This document shows, in pieces, positions 11,723 to 23,995 of a stretch of DNA of 64,000 nucleotides (position 1 is its first letter; each line of letters begins with the position of its first letter). Below the pieces are notes generated by a model. It was not told the origin of the DNA. It saw nothing but the letters and a program-made list of their open reading frames with translations, and did not search any database. The stretch comes from Mobula hypostoma (Eukaryota). A program made the position numbers and the translations under genes. Where the stretch lies: NCBI RefSeq assembly GCF_963921235.1, contig NC_086097.1:77564001-77628000 (forward strand), written 5' to 3'.

Positions 11723-13151
11723 TGAGCACTCTGCGCTCATTCCTCGGGTTCTGTGGTTACTATTGGAGGTTTGTGAAAGGCTACGTGAAAGTGAGTCACC
11801 CTTTGAATCAGCTTCTGTGCAGTTACCCTCCTTGGGGAAGAAAGGGAGGGGGACAAAAGGACAGGAGGGTGAAGAGTGTCTTATCCCGTCGGAGCCCTTT
11901 GGACCAAGGTGGGATGCAAAATGTGAGGAGGCCTTTCAGTCACTGAATGAAATGCTGACCCAGGCGCCAGTGCTGGCTTTTGCGGGCCCCCGATTACCAT
12001 ATGTACTGCACACGGATGCCAGCGGAGAGGGTTTAGGGGGCGTCCTGTATCAGGATCAGGGCTCTGGGTTAAGGCCCGTTGCGTTTGTCAGCCGGAGTCT
12101 GTCGCCCCTCCCAAAAAAATTATCCCACTCACAAGTTGGAATTTCTGGCGTTGAAATGGCCGGTGGTGGATAAGCTGAGTGACTACCTCTACAGGGCCAA
12201 GTTTGAGGTGAGGACGGACAACAACTCCCTAACTTATATCCTGACCTCAGCGAAACTGGACGCCACAGGCCATCGATGGTTGGCAGCGTTGTCTGCCTAT
12301 GATTTTAGTCTGAGGTACCAGCCAGGAAGCAGGAACATTGATGAGGATGCTTTGTCCCAACGGGTGCATGAGGGACTGGACAGGGACGAGGAGCGGGAGA
12401 TCGTTCCTGCCCTGGGGGTGAAGGCCATATGTCAGTTTGCCATCACCGTGAAGGCAGAGGGAAAGGAGAGGCAGGATCGGGCAGTGGATCACTTGGGGGC
12501 TTCTGATGACACTATTCCCCAAGTTTACTGTAACCTGACTGCTCTGAAGACAAATCAGCTGCCGGAATTGAGGTCTGGGGAAGTGGCAGCTACTCAGTGA
12601 GATGATCTGGGCATTGGCACCATTTGGGCTGTGCTTGAAAAGGAAGGCATGGATCAGGCGGAGAAGATGAAACACTCGTCGATGCCTCCATTACTACAAG
12701 AATGGCCTCAGTTGGAGTTGAAGAACCAGATCTTATACCGGGTCACGTCACCCCCAGACCTACCCCGGCGTTGCCAGCTGGTTCTGCCTGAGAAGTATCG
12801 GAGGATGGCGTTGAAATTACTTCATGATGATTCTGGACACTTGGGGGTGGAAAAGACCTATGGATTGCTCAGAGACCGGTTTTACGGGTCCTGAATGAAG
12901 TCAGAGGTCGAAGAATACTGTAAGTCGTGCATTCGCTGCATACGGCGGAAGACACTGCCTACACAGGCAGCTCCCTTGTCCCACCCACAGAGCGCAGAGC
13001 CTCTGGACCTGGTGTGTATGGATTTCCTGTCAATAGAACCCGATGCCAGCAAGACGGCAAATGTCTTAGACATCACGGACCACTACACCAGATATGCTCA
13101 GGCTTTTCCTACCAAGGACCAGAGGGTGTCTATGGAGGCAAAGGTGTTATG

Positions 13152-13537
13152 TGTTGCACACTTGGACACAGAAGGGACTTCCAGGCGTGCAGAAGTTTAA
13201 AATAAACGTCTTTATTTTCCTTTCTAGAAATACAGGAACACAAGCGCATCGGCTTACCATTCATGCTGCCGGGCCATCTCAGTCTACTCCATCACGTGTG
13301 CACTCCCGTGTCCCCAGGACCCCTCAGCTGCCCCAAGTGCTTGTATAAGCTTTGCCCCTTGTAACCATCAATTAACCTCCTAAAATATTACCATTGCTAG
13401 TGCAACTGACCATTAATCAAATTGTGAATGAGCAAACTAACAAACCAAAGCAATATAAATAATATGAACATAATGTAAGAAAATTAGTGGGGTATCCAGT
13501 GTCCATTAATATGCTCCACATTACTATGGGTCCCACA
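13152..13537 (-). mobile_element. Solo LTR (386 bp) inserted in the Gypsy integrase core
   Basis: TG...CA ends with 4-bp TSD TATG (13148-51, 13538-41). Removing it restores AKVLWKKYFIYYGLP. Strand is tentative. Confidence 0.85.
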
Positions 13538-14825
13538 TATGGAAGAAGTATTTCATTTATTATGGCCTTCCCAGTCGAATACATAGTGATCAGGAGTGGA
13601 ATTTCGAAAGCAGACTCACCCGTGAGTTGCTGGGCATGCTTGGAGTCGAGAAGTCGAGGACCAGGCCCAATCACCCACAGGGTGATCCTAGCCAAAGGGG
13701 TTTAATCAGACCCTGCTAGAAATGCTCAGGACCCTTGAGATCAGGTGGAGTCAACATATTGGGCATCTGGTTCACAGTTACAACTGTACACAAAGTGAAG
13801 CTACTGGGTACACGCCATATTATCTGATGTTTGGACGCGAGGCAAGTTTGCCCATTGACCTTTGTTTTGGGACTGACAAGGGTGACTTACCACCAAAGAC
13901 TTAGCTGAAGTATGTGTCTGACATGAGAAGAGAGTTGAAAAGGGCTTATGAATTAGCTGGGGTCACGACTGCCCAGAAAAATCAAGGGAATAAGAGGAGG
14001 TACGATCAAAAGGTGAGGTTCTCCCAACTCCTGCCTGGAGACCGAGTCCTCATAAGGAACTTGGAGTGACTTGGAAAGCATAAGTTCGCTGACCGCTGGG
14101 TGGCTATGCCCTATGTGGTGGAGAGTCAGATGCCAAACCTACCAGTTTTCCTGGTGAAACTAGAGGATGGGAATGGGCCTGTCAAGATTCTCCATCGGAA
14201 CCACCTGTTGCCCCTGGGACAAGAGGTGCAGGTAGACCCAGAGCCCGACTTGGAACCTACACCTAGTAAGAGGACTCTGCGGAAATGTGGGACGACTATC
14301 GGGCCGCCAACAGGCAAGGTTACTCCGGTCCCACCCCCAAGAGGGATACTGATTCGGAGGATGAGAACCTGGATGTATGGTATATGCTGCCTTTCGCTAA
14401 CTCCCTAGTGATTGAGGAAGAGACTCCCGGTCCTTCTCCGATTGAGACAGGTGAAGTATGGGGGGGCTCTCTGTGGGCAGCCTGGTTGCAGCGGGACTCT
14501 GCAGGGGAGGAAGCAGGGTTTGATCATGGAACAGAGGGCTGCGAGTTTCCGGTGGGCACAAGTGATAGATCGGGGAAGCCTCACCAGGTAGACCGGAAGT
14601 ATCCCCAGTAGTGTCGGAACCTGAAGAGTTAGATGATGGGGTGCGGAGGTCTCAGCGAATTAAGAGACCACCGGATAGGTTAGCCTACATAGCACCAGGG
14701 GAACAGAGTGTGACCCCTACTGTGTTGAGGAGCTACGTCACTGCCTTTTACACCTGGATTGTGCTTTGTGTTTTGCAGGAAGGGTTGGTGAATTTGCTCA
14801 ATGTCATGAGGACATGAATAAATTT

Positions 14826-14838
14826 GGTGGGGGGAGAG
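14826..14838 (+). promoter_or_regulatory. Polypurine tract
   Basis: ggtggggggagag abuts the TG of the 3' LTR. Confidence 0.85.
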
Positions 14839-15402
14839 TGTAACACGCTGTAGGGTTTCACTCCTGTGTAACGTGCCATAAGGTTTCACTGATAATGTAA
14901 TGGTTTCTCTGCAGCAGCAATGTTTGGGTTATGACTAGAGATAACGCGGTTTGGAATGCTGTTGTTCTTTCTTGTGAGCTGGAAGAGAGGCTTTCGCGGT
15001 CTTTTGCCGGGGAGAGATAAGGAGAGAAGACGCGAATGGAGAGAGTCGATAGACCACCGGACAGGGTGGACTTGGAGTGAGGGTCTGAAGGGCAGCGACG
15101 ATCAGAGCAGGTCGATGGTGGACGATCGGCTTATCAGTGAGCTCCAACATTGAGCAACAGGCTGTTTAATAAGATTGGGTCCTGTTTTTCTTCTTTTGTT
15201 TCTTTACTAATCATATAGTCAAAGTAAGAATTATAAAGCTTAATCATTTAATTGCATATTGTGTACTGTTTGTTATTTCAGGGTACTGATTTGTAACAGG
15301 GGACATATCGTGCAGCATTCACCCAAACGAGATTTCTTAAGTTTGGCCGGGACGGGGAGTATCACCCCATATATTAAGCTGCTAGCCGAAGCCAGAGTTA
15401 CA
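14839..15402 (+). repeat. Gypsy 3' LTR (564 bp)
   Basis: Starts TGTAAC, ends GTTACA; direct repeat of 5887-6453. Confidence 0.95.
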
Positions 15403-17229
15403 TGCAATTCAGCCAACAATAGTTGTGTCATCGAGGAAATTCAGGTCCATGTTGGTTCCCTTACAAGGCCCAAGTCTTGTAAAGGTGAAGATTAAATAGG
15501 CATTCCATTCTACTACAATCCCAAAATACTGGAGCTAGCCTTGCTTTATTCATCAACTTAAGATAATTGTTTGTCCACAAACAAGAATCAAAGTGAAAGA
15601 ACCATTTAAAGATTATGGTCCCTCAAATTATATGAAAAAATATTAATTGCCGTTATCTATTCTTCTGCAGCTTTTCCAGAACTAAAAAAATATTCTGGGA
15701 AAGGAGATGATCTCAATCCATAAGCTTGCAGATATTAAATGGAACTGCAATTGTTAATGTAATAATTGGTCTCCCAAACACTTATCATAACTTGTTTTCC
15801 TTTACATGGGAAGTTGGATAATGGTGCCTTGTTTGGGAATCAGCAAATGGGAATGCATTAATCATTACTTTCTGGATGCTGTGGTTTGGCATGGTGTTGT
15901 GGGTTACTGTTTTTCTCTTCTGAGACTGTTAATCAAAGTAAAATGGCTATGTCTTGAGAGTATGTTTGTCCTTTGGAGATACAGGTGGATTCATTTGATA
16001 ACCTTTCAATGACATACAACTTCTGAAGCTACCTATATATTATTTGGGCATCATATTTTTCAAGTTTTTGGAATACTTGACATCTGTATGTGCCTTATTG
16101 TGTGGGGCATAAGGCCACAGTTGCATTAAAAGTGATTGAGATGGATTTTTTAAAAAAGAACGGAACAGCTGCTGTGAATTAGTTTTCAAATAGTAATGCA
16201 AAGCAAATGAAAATTTAGAAGCCATTTTAAATGGGTGTCAACTCACCTAGTCATGACTTTAAAATATGAAATAAGCAACATTTACAATAGAAAATATGTA
16301 CCATTGTTCTTAAGTACAAAGTTGTTGAAGCCTAGATTATGGAGCACCTCAAGAATTTAGAATGGATTGCCTATCCAAGAGTTCAGAGCTACAATATTTC
16401 CAAATACAGATTCAACTATGTTTGTGTCAATGTATCCAGACTGATTTTTAGTACTTTACACACACATTTTTGACCCAATCCTCTTTCCAATATTAACATT
16501 TTCTTTCACAAGATCTTCCCTGTGTTTCCTGCTTCAAGGGTGGGGGTGTTTGTTGGCATGGGGAGCAGAAAACATCTTACTGCTGGACCCAGTGGCAGAA
16601 GCCACAACTGCTGCAATCACTTCTGGAAAGAGGGAGTGCCACATGGCCCCGACATCTGTCAGTTTCCTCTCCCTCCTTTCATGTGGGTTGCAAGCAGGCA
16701 TGGCTGCAGCTTTAAATCCATGTGGAGCATCAGTCAAAACAACTCTGGCATGCTGCGGGATGGCTGACCAACCAAACTTAACCACAGAATTTCGAAATGT
16801 TGCTTTATTTATAGGCATCAATCTTTCAATTGATTTTAAGGCATATAGCATTATTCAAATATTAAACAGAATATTGGTATTTGTAGAAGATGTTCAAATT
16901 ATTGTTGGTACATCATGATTGAGCATAGCATAAGACCAGGCACATATAAAGGTGATTACATGGACCAGATTAAAAAGGCTAGATTTTGTTATGTGTCGGT
17001 TGGAGACCTCTCTCTGAAAGTAGTGGAAAATTACTTGTCACGATCCCTGTGGACATTTTTCTTTCTGACATGTGGGAGGCTTGAGTTCTTTCAGGAATCC
17101 ACTCATTGTTTCAAAATGTAATTAACCCTAGATTTTACTTTCTTCTTCTAGTCATTTTATAATTGTAGGAGATTTTTAACCCCTGATATTTAAGCTCAAC
17201 TCCAATTTTATATTTCAAAGCCGGTACTG

Positions 17230-17345
17230 ACCAACTCTGATGAAAGGTCACAAACCTGAAATGTGACCCCTTTCTCTTTCGACAAATACTTCCTGACCCA
17301 ACGAGTATTTCTGACAGTCTTTGTTTTTAATTTCAGCTTTACAGT
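17230..17345 (+). mobile_element. Old Penelope-derived terminus with hammerhead-like core
   Basis: CTGATGA (17237-43), a, aggt cacaa acct, GAAA (17258-61), followed by a degenerate version of the pLTR tail. Confidence 0.6.
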
Positions 17346-17614
17346 TTTTGGTTTCCTATTTTTAACTCAAACATTTAATTTATGTAAACCATAGAATGAA
17401 TTTCTGATGTATTGAAATCTACACATTTTATTCTTTGCTGCTTTTAGGTTAAGAATCGCCCAGGTCTAAGAATCAACTCTGACTTCATCAAAATAAAGGA
17501 TCTTCAGGACAAACTATCACAATTTCCTAAAATACATTTGTCTCTTCACATAGACAACAATATCCTGACTCAATTAGATACAGGGATAAAATTAAGGAGA
17601 AAAGACAGTTAAAT

Positions 17615-17925
17615 ATAATCAGATTTTTTCCCCCAGGGTGGCAATGTCAAATAGTAGAGGATGTAGTTTTAAGATGAGAGAAGGAAAGTTTAAAGGAGAT
17701 TGATGAGGCAAGTTGCTTTTTTTTGCACAGGATACATACCTAGAACGGGCTGCCAGGTGAGTTGATGGAAGCAGATATAATCACACATTTAGGTTTTAAG
17801 ACAGCTACATCAACAGGCAGAGAATGGAGAGATATGGACGAAGTACAGGCAGAAGGGATTAGTTTAGTCTAGTGCAGACCTGATAGGCCGAATGGCCTGT
17901 TCCAGTGCTGTATTGTTTTATGTTA
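17615..17925 (+). mobile_element. CR1 LINE 3' end
   Basis: tttttccccagggtgg...tttaaaggagat...ggccgaatggcctgttccagtgctgtattgttttatgtt, a typical CR1 3' terminus. Confidence 0.75.
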
Positions 17926-19349
17926 TTAACCTTTTGCACAATAGTGTAATGAAATATTAAGTTGGCATGAAGAAAACTGGATTAAAAACATAAAATGCTT
18001 TGGGACATTTAGCAGCCCAGGTAGCATCTGCAGAGGGACAAAATATATTTAGATGTCGATCCATTGCCAAAGCTGGAATTATTTTCCAACAGCTTAAATT
18101 AAAGCAAGAATATAAGTGAGACATAACTCATAAAAAGACCCGGCAAGAGAAAAAGATAACATGTTATACTTATCTTGGCTTTAAGATGTGTCAGAATGCT
18201 TTCAAACCAGTGAATCAATTTAGCAGTTTAATCATTGTTGTAATTAATATTAAGTCTGATAGAAGGATTTGAAATGACAGGAGCATGTAGTGGTTGGTCA
18301 GTGCCATTCAAAGAATGATAGAGTGTTGTTGCAAAGAAAGCTGATTTCATTGTGTCTTCCACTGCAAGATTCAGCAATGCCCCAGTCCTAGGTGGGATAT
18401 TTTCCTGCTTGTTTCAGATATTATAATGAGCCAAAATCAAAGCCAGGTCTAAAGGGAGAAAGAGTCAAAAGTCAGGGTCCTGATCCTGCACTGCACAGGG
18501 ATAGGAGAGGGATCCTGAGATCAGAGCCTGGCTGAGTAGTGGGTTGTCTAGAGATCAAAGCCTGAGACTGAGGGCAGGATGAGAGATAACAGGTGGCTAA
18601 GTAACAGGGACAAGGGAAGGGTGTAAGGGGCAGGGGTGAGGGGGTAAATGTTTGCCATATATTGGAACAAAGGAGAAATGCCCAAAGATCAGAGCCTGGG
18701 AGGTAAGGATGGAGCAGAAATCAGATAACGGGTGGGCTGTGCCCAGGCACCAGACTCTGCCGATGGGGTGGTGGCTAGAGATTGTGACTGGCTAGCAGTT
18801 TTTGGGAGCTGTGGGGATGTGGATAGACAGCTCAAATGGAGTAGGCAGAGCAAAGCTGCTGATGTGAGAAAGTAATTACAAAGGACAAGGGTAAGGTTGG
18901 TTCCCGGCACTAAGCTGGGTCATGCCCATTACAAGAGGCCCTGTGCTGTACTGTTTCTACAGTTCAATGAGAACATGCGATTGGCCACTCAACAATGTTT
19001 CATCTGCCGATCTACTTTTCCAGACAACACTCCAACTGAGCTAGCAGAAGAATTACCTGAGGAACGATGCCATTACAAGCTCAAATGATGTATAAATCAC
19101 AATAGGTGCACCCAAAGTGACTTGCAGGTAAAGACGTTGCTATGGCAAAAGTAAGTGGTTTTCAGGCATTTAGACACAGGGAAAAAAAACATGTGCCATG
19201 TTCAAATTTCTAGTCCAAGTAGCCTTTGGGCTCTGTGGTTTCTTCAGATCTTAGTTCTATGTGTTTGGATTAAATGAGAGCACTCAACATCTACTCGCCA
19301 TCTACAATATGTTCTACAATATTCATCCTCAGTGCATTAGTGAGATCGA

Positions 19350-19620
19350 CTGAATTCAGAGATACAGCACAGAACAGGCCCATCTGGCCCACCCATCAAC
19401 TTACTGAGATAACTTAGCCTAATCACAGAACAATTTACAATGACCGATTAACCTACTAACTCGTACCCCTTTGGAGTGTCAGAGAAAACTGGCGCACCCA
19501 GAGGAAGTACACGCGATTCATGGGTAGGACAAACAAACTCATTATAGACATCAACGGAAATGAACTCTGAACTCCAACACTTGTAATAGTGTCGCACTAA
19601 CCACTACACTACCGTCGCAC
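19350..19620 (-). mobile_element. V-SINE/HE1-type SINE
   Basis: caatttacaatgaccgattaacctac...gaaaactggcgcacccagagga is the reverse complement of the SINE central domain; CR1-like tail near 19360. Confidence 0.65.
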
Positions 19621-20599
19621 AGAATTATTTGTATAAAATGATAACTTGTGCCAAATTGATTGATTTTCAAATTGAAATAGCTTCAAAGATCAGATATAGG
19701 CTTTGATAAACTCAGAATAAGTAAACCCTGTTACTTAAAGAGCAGTAATTCTAGATTCCAGCAGCCCTCTTCCAAGCTATAAAAACTATTTATCTGACTT
19801 TAGGAACTTCAATCAAAAAATTTTTGGGAGTGCAGATTTCCACTAACTTTTGTCTGATAGTGTCTCCTGACTTCAATCCTAAATCATGAAGCTCTGATTT
19901 TGTATTAAAAGTAGAAGAAACGACCCTTAATTTAATTATGTCCAACCCATCATTTCCAGTTTAAGAGTTTCAGCTCCTTTTATGGGCTTGAGTAATCGAA
20001 GAAATACACCGGAATTAAAAGTTTTTATAATAACTGTTTCAACCCACACTGTGCTTTTCTGTCTCTCATCTGTAAGCTTAGACCACAAGATGGAAAACGC
20101 CTGATGCGTTGTATTGATTTTCTTGAATTCTTGTTTCTTTATTTATATGTCATCCAAGTATATGAGTCATTCAGTTAAAAAAAAATTAACTTACGTCATT
20201 TGACATATTTTCTAGCTTATTAGTCATTTGGAAGATTTCTATTAACTGCGTTATTGTATCAAACTTTATTTCAGTTACGTAAAAATTTTTGGCTCCACTG
20301 AATGTACTGAACAATGGTACTGAGGTCATCTGACAATGCTTCACAACCTGTGCAAGATATGGATGTTAAAATAAGAATGAGAGAGCATTTACTAAACGTA
20401 GAGTTATTGGGACAGTTTTCATTTAATTATAGATCACTACTGAGACAAATTCTGTGCTCAATTTTGAATTTTTATTTTATATGTGTTTTCAGGGTATTAC
20501 TGACAAGGTTAAAATCTTTTAACCATCATTAATTACTCTTGAAATGAGTGTCTGGCCAGTCGTTTTCAGAGGGTATTTACTTATCAATCACATTGGTGT

Positions 20600-21690
20600 G
20601 TCTAGTAGTTCCTTAAGGTTGTCATAGCCAGGGGGTGAGGGTAGTGGGGAAAAGCTCCCATTACCTATTAAATGCTCCCAAGATCGTGCATCTGGAATAG
20701 GCTCTGACAACCAAGTCCAGCACTTGGCCTTCATGTGAGGCTTAGCTATTAAGTTCAGTGGAACCATTTCTACTGACAGAAGGAGCAAAGGCAAGTTACT
20801 GATGTCGTAAAACCAGTCTTTTCAGACAGATGGGGCTCGTCAGCTGTGGTTAGCAGTTCACTTCTCAAATAGGGTTGCCAACTGTCCCGTATTAGCCGGG
20901 ACATCCCGTATATTGGGCTAAATTAGTTTGTCCCATACTGGACCGCCCTTGTCCTGTATTTCCCCTGCTAAGGTAGAGCGTTCCTATGAAACCGTTAGTA
21001 AGCCGAAATGACGTAAAGCGCAGAAGCAATTACCATTAATTTATATGGGAAAAATTTCTGAGCGTTCCCAGACCCAAAAAATAACCTACCATATCATACC
21101 AAATAACATATAAAACCTAAAATAACACTAACACACAGTAAAAGCAGGAATCATATGATAAATACACAGCCTATATAAAGTAGAAATAATGTATGTACAG
21201 TGAATCAGAATCGAGAAAATTAAGCCAAAACCGATTTGTAGAGAAAAATTGGCACGTACACCATGCGCACACAAGTGCCCGCGCAAGGCTTCCTGATCAT
21301 GGTAGTCTTTCTCGGGGTAAACACAAGTGTCCCGTATTTGACTGCTACTTTTGTCCCTTATTTGGGAGTGAGAAAGTTGGCAACTCTACTCTCAAACCTC
21401 CCCTCATATACCCACTCATGGGGAAGGCTTCAGGATTAAACCCCATGGAAAAATCCTGAGCTCGAGTCTCTAAGGCAGTCCTACACTGAGTCCAATGCTT
21501 ACTGGTAATGCCTGCAGCACTGCTGGTGCCTAACTGTATCGGTGTGTGTCGCTCCTTTCGATTCATCAGCTGTGTGGAGTGGAGGGAGCCATCTACATGG
21601 GAATCAGCTTTCTCTCTTTATCGTACTGCCCTGGCTTGCGTACCACATTGAGAGCGATACACAATGTCCATGGTTGATCCCGAACAACAG
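20600..21690. repeat. Non-coding interspersed repeat, possibly an RTE-related non-autonomous element, split by a hAT MITE
   Basis: GC-richer block that continues on both sides of the hAT TSD. The family assignment is from recollection only. Confidence 0.4.
20870..21388 (+). mobile_element. Non-autonomous hAT element (519 bp) carrying a captured Tigger fragment
   Basis: Terminal inverted repeats (TIRs) TAGGGTTGCCAACT / AGTTGGCAACTCTA; 8-bp TSD ttctcaaa (20862-69) / ctctcaaa (21389-96); subterminal tgtcccgtat repeats. Confidence 0.9.
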
Positions 21691-22165
21691 AGGGCCACAA
21701 ATGTGTCTGGAGTCACATATAGACCAGACCTGGAAATGAAGGGAGATTTCCTTCTCTAAAGGCCTTTAGTGAGCAATATAATCAGTTGTGACAATCCATT
21801 AGTTTTGCACTGATCAATGACTAGACTAATTTGATTTTCAACTTCAGGTGGTGGAATTAAATTGAAATCTCTAGACCATCATTCCAGACCTGGGGATTCG
21901 AAGGCCAGCCATCATTGTACATGAGAAAGTGGGAAATGACAAAGCAATGGGCCCTTCGAGGAAAGTCAGAATTACTATTTTATTAAATTTGTTGCAATTT
22001 ATTAAATGCAAGTCACTCTTGACACCAGAATGTCAAGTCTATTTTTTATCTTCATTGATAATAAACACCATGTTTTTGTTTGCTGACCAAATGTTTACGG
22101 ATCTGCAAAGGCTCACCCAAGGCTCCATTCAAATCTCTTCAGAGGCATCAAAAGAGTATGAAAGC

Positions 22166-23995
22166 TCTTTAATTGATCAGATTAAACATTTGTTTACTAA
22201 ATGGTCACCAATCTCTTTGTCTTTGATTGGTCGGATTAATGCTATTAAGATGATCATTTTGCCCAAAGTTCTGTATGTATTTCAATCGGTTCCAATTTTT
22301 ATCCCAAAATCTTTTTTTGATAACATAGACTCAAAAATTTCCTCATATATATGGCAGAACAAAAATCCTAGGTTAGGTAAAAGGTATTTACAGAAACCAA
22401 AAAGGAGGGGGGGGGCTTGCCCTCCCGAATCTTAGATTCTATTATTGGGCAATTAATATTTGATATTTAAAATTTTGGTTATGAGATTTGGATGTATCTT
22501 TAAATCCACATTGGGTAAATCTTGAATGTAATTCATTACAAGGGTTTTCCTTGGGTTCGGTTTTAGGAACTTCGCTTCCTTTTACTTCTTCTAAATTGTA
22601 TAAACAAATGAATAATCCAATAGTTAAGCATACTTTACGTATATGGTTTCAATTTCGAAGATTTTTTGGGTCTAATCAATTTATTTTAGCAATCCTATTA
22701 TATCTAATTTCCTTTTTCAACCTTCCACTATGGATCAAGCTTACTTTGACTGGAAAACCAAAGGTATAATACGTTTTCGTGATTTATTTCTAGATAATTG
22801 TTTTATGTCTTTTGATCAACTTTCTAATAAATATAACTTACCCAGATCTCACTTTTTTAGACATCTACAGATTAGAAACTTTTTAATTACTGTTTCTCCT
22901 AATTTTCCACACCCATATCCAATGGACACTTTGGAAAATATTTTAGATTTAAATCTTTCTCAGAAAAGTGTTGTAGCAATTATATATAATATAATTATGA
23001 ATTTATGCCTTGATGTTTCCAATAAAATTAAAGCTGACTGGGAAAGAGAATTTAAGATTATTATACCGATTGAAAAATGGGAAAAAATTCTTCAATTGGT
23101 TAATTCATCCTCTATATGTGCTAAACATGTGTTGATACAGTTTAAAGTAGTGCACAGGGCTCACATGTCCAAAGATAAACTATCTCGTTATTATTCTTAT
23201 ATTAATCCAATATGTGATAGATGTCATTGTGAGATAGCTTCTTTAACTCACATGTTTTGGTCATGTCCTTTGTTGGAAAAATATTGGAAAGATATTTTTG
23301 ACATTATTTCAATGGTTTTGAATATAGACTTACAACCTCATCCAATTACTGCTATCTTTGGACTACCAATGATAGATTCAAATTATTTAACCTCTCCAGC
23401 ATGTAGGATGATTGCATTTCTTACTCTAATGGCTAGAAGATCCATTTTGCTGAATTGGAAAGGGATTAGCCCTCCTACTGTATTTCATTGGTTTTCACAA
23501 ACTATGGTGAGTTTGAATTTGGGAAAAATTAGCAGTGCGGTTTATGACCCTTCCATTAAATTTGAAAAAACTTGGAGGCCATTCATTCAGCATTTTCATT
23601 TGATGTAATTTGACCATTTCCAAACTTGTTTTATTTCTCTGTACTGTTGGTTGAGAGGAATGGAGTCATCGACACTAAGGTTTTCTTCCTTCCCATTTTT
23701 AAGTTGTTAGTATTGCCCAAGTCTTTTAGTTTAGTTGACTAATTCTGTTTAGTTTAGTTTTTTTGGGGGGATGGGATTTTTTTTTTCTTTTCTCTTTTTT
23801 TCTTTTTCATGATTTTTCTTCAGTTTTTTTTGCTTTGTATTATTCATTGTTATTCTACATGATTGGGAGCTTTGTCAATTTATACTATTTGGTCTTACAA
23901 TTACTCATTTTAAGTGTAACAATGTATCTCCTACTATTTGTATTATTGCTATGTTATGTTTTCATTCTATGAAATTAATAAAAAGATTGAAAAAG
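22166..23995 (+). mobile_element. 5'-truncated L1-clade LINE (ORF2 C-terminus and 3' UTR) with 16-bp TSD
   Basis: LSLIGRINAIKMIILPK.LYVFQ, K..GG..LP and CCHC knuckle CDRC..SLTHMFWSC. T-rich 3' UTR with AATAAA at 23977. TSD aaaagagtatgaaagc at 22150-65 and 23996-24011. Confidence 0.93.

Larger units (their letters stand above)
7760..14720 (+). pseudogene. pol: Gypsy pol (protease, RT, RNase H, integrase), frameshifted and interrupted
   Basis: Protease FDTGSQVT (about 7823). RT SPYVSPVVV..KKNGK..MCVDYRTLN, FSVLDL.SGY, MPQG, VYLDG. RNase H LHTDAS..GLGGVLYQ, NYPTHKLEFLALKW, VRTDNN. Integrase HDDSGH...CKSC, VCMDF, DHYTRY, GYTPYYLMFGR, LHRNHL. Confidence 0.93.
5887..15402 (+). mobile_element. Full-length decayed Gypsy/Ty3 LTR retrotransposon with three nested insertions
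   Basis: Paired TG...CA LTRs, PBS and PPT, domain order gag-PR-RT-RH-IN, flanked by tgta (5883-86) and tgca (15403-06). Confidence 0.96.

Noticed and set aside
16522..16918. Overlapping ORFs in a GC-richer unique block
   Set aside because: No recognisable domain and no convincing splice-site pair. It could be a conserved non-coding element, but that cannot be supported from sequence alone.
21929..22435. 168-aa ORF as a host gene
   Set aside because: It is a chance fusion of flanking DNA with truncated L1 ORF2 across the TSD at 22150-65.
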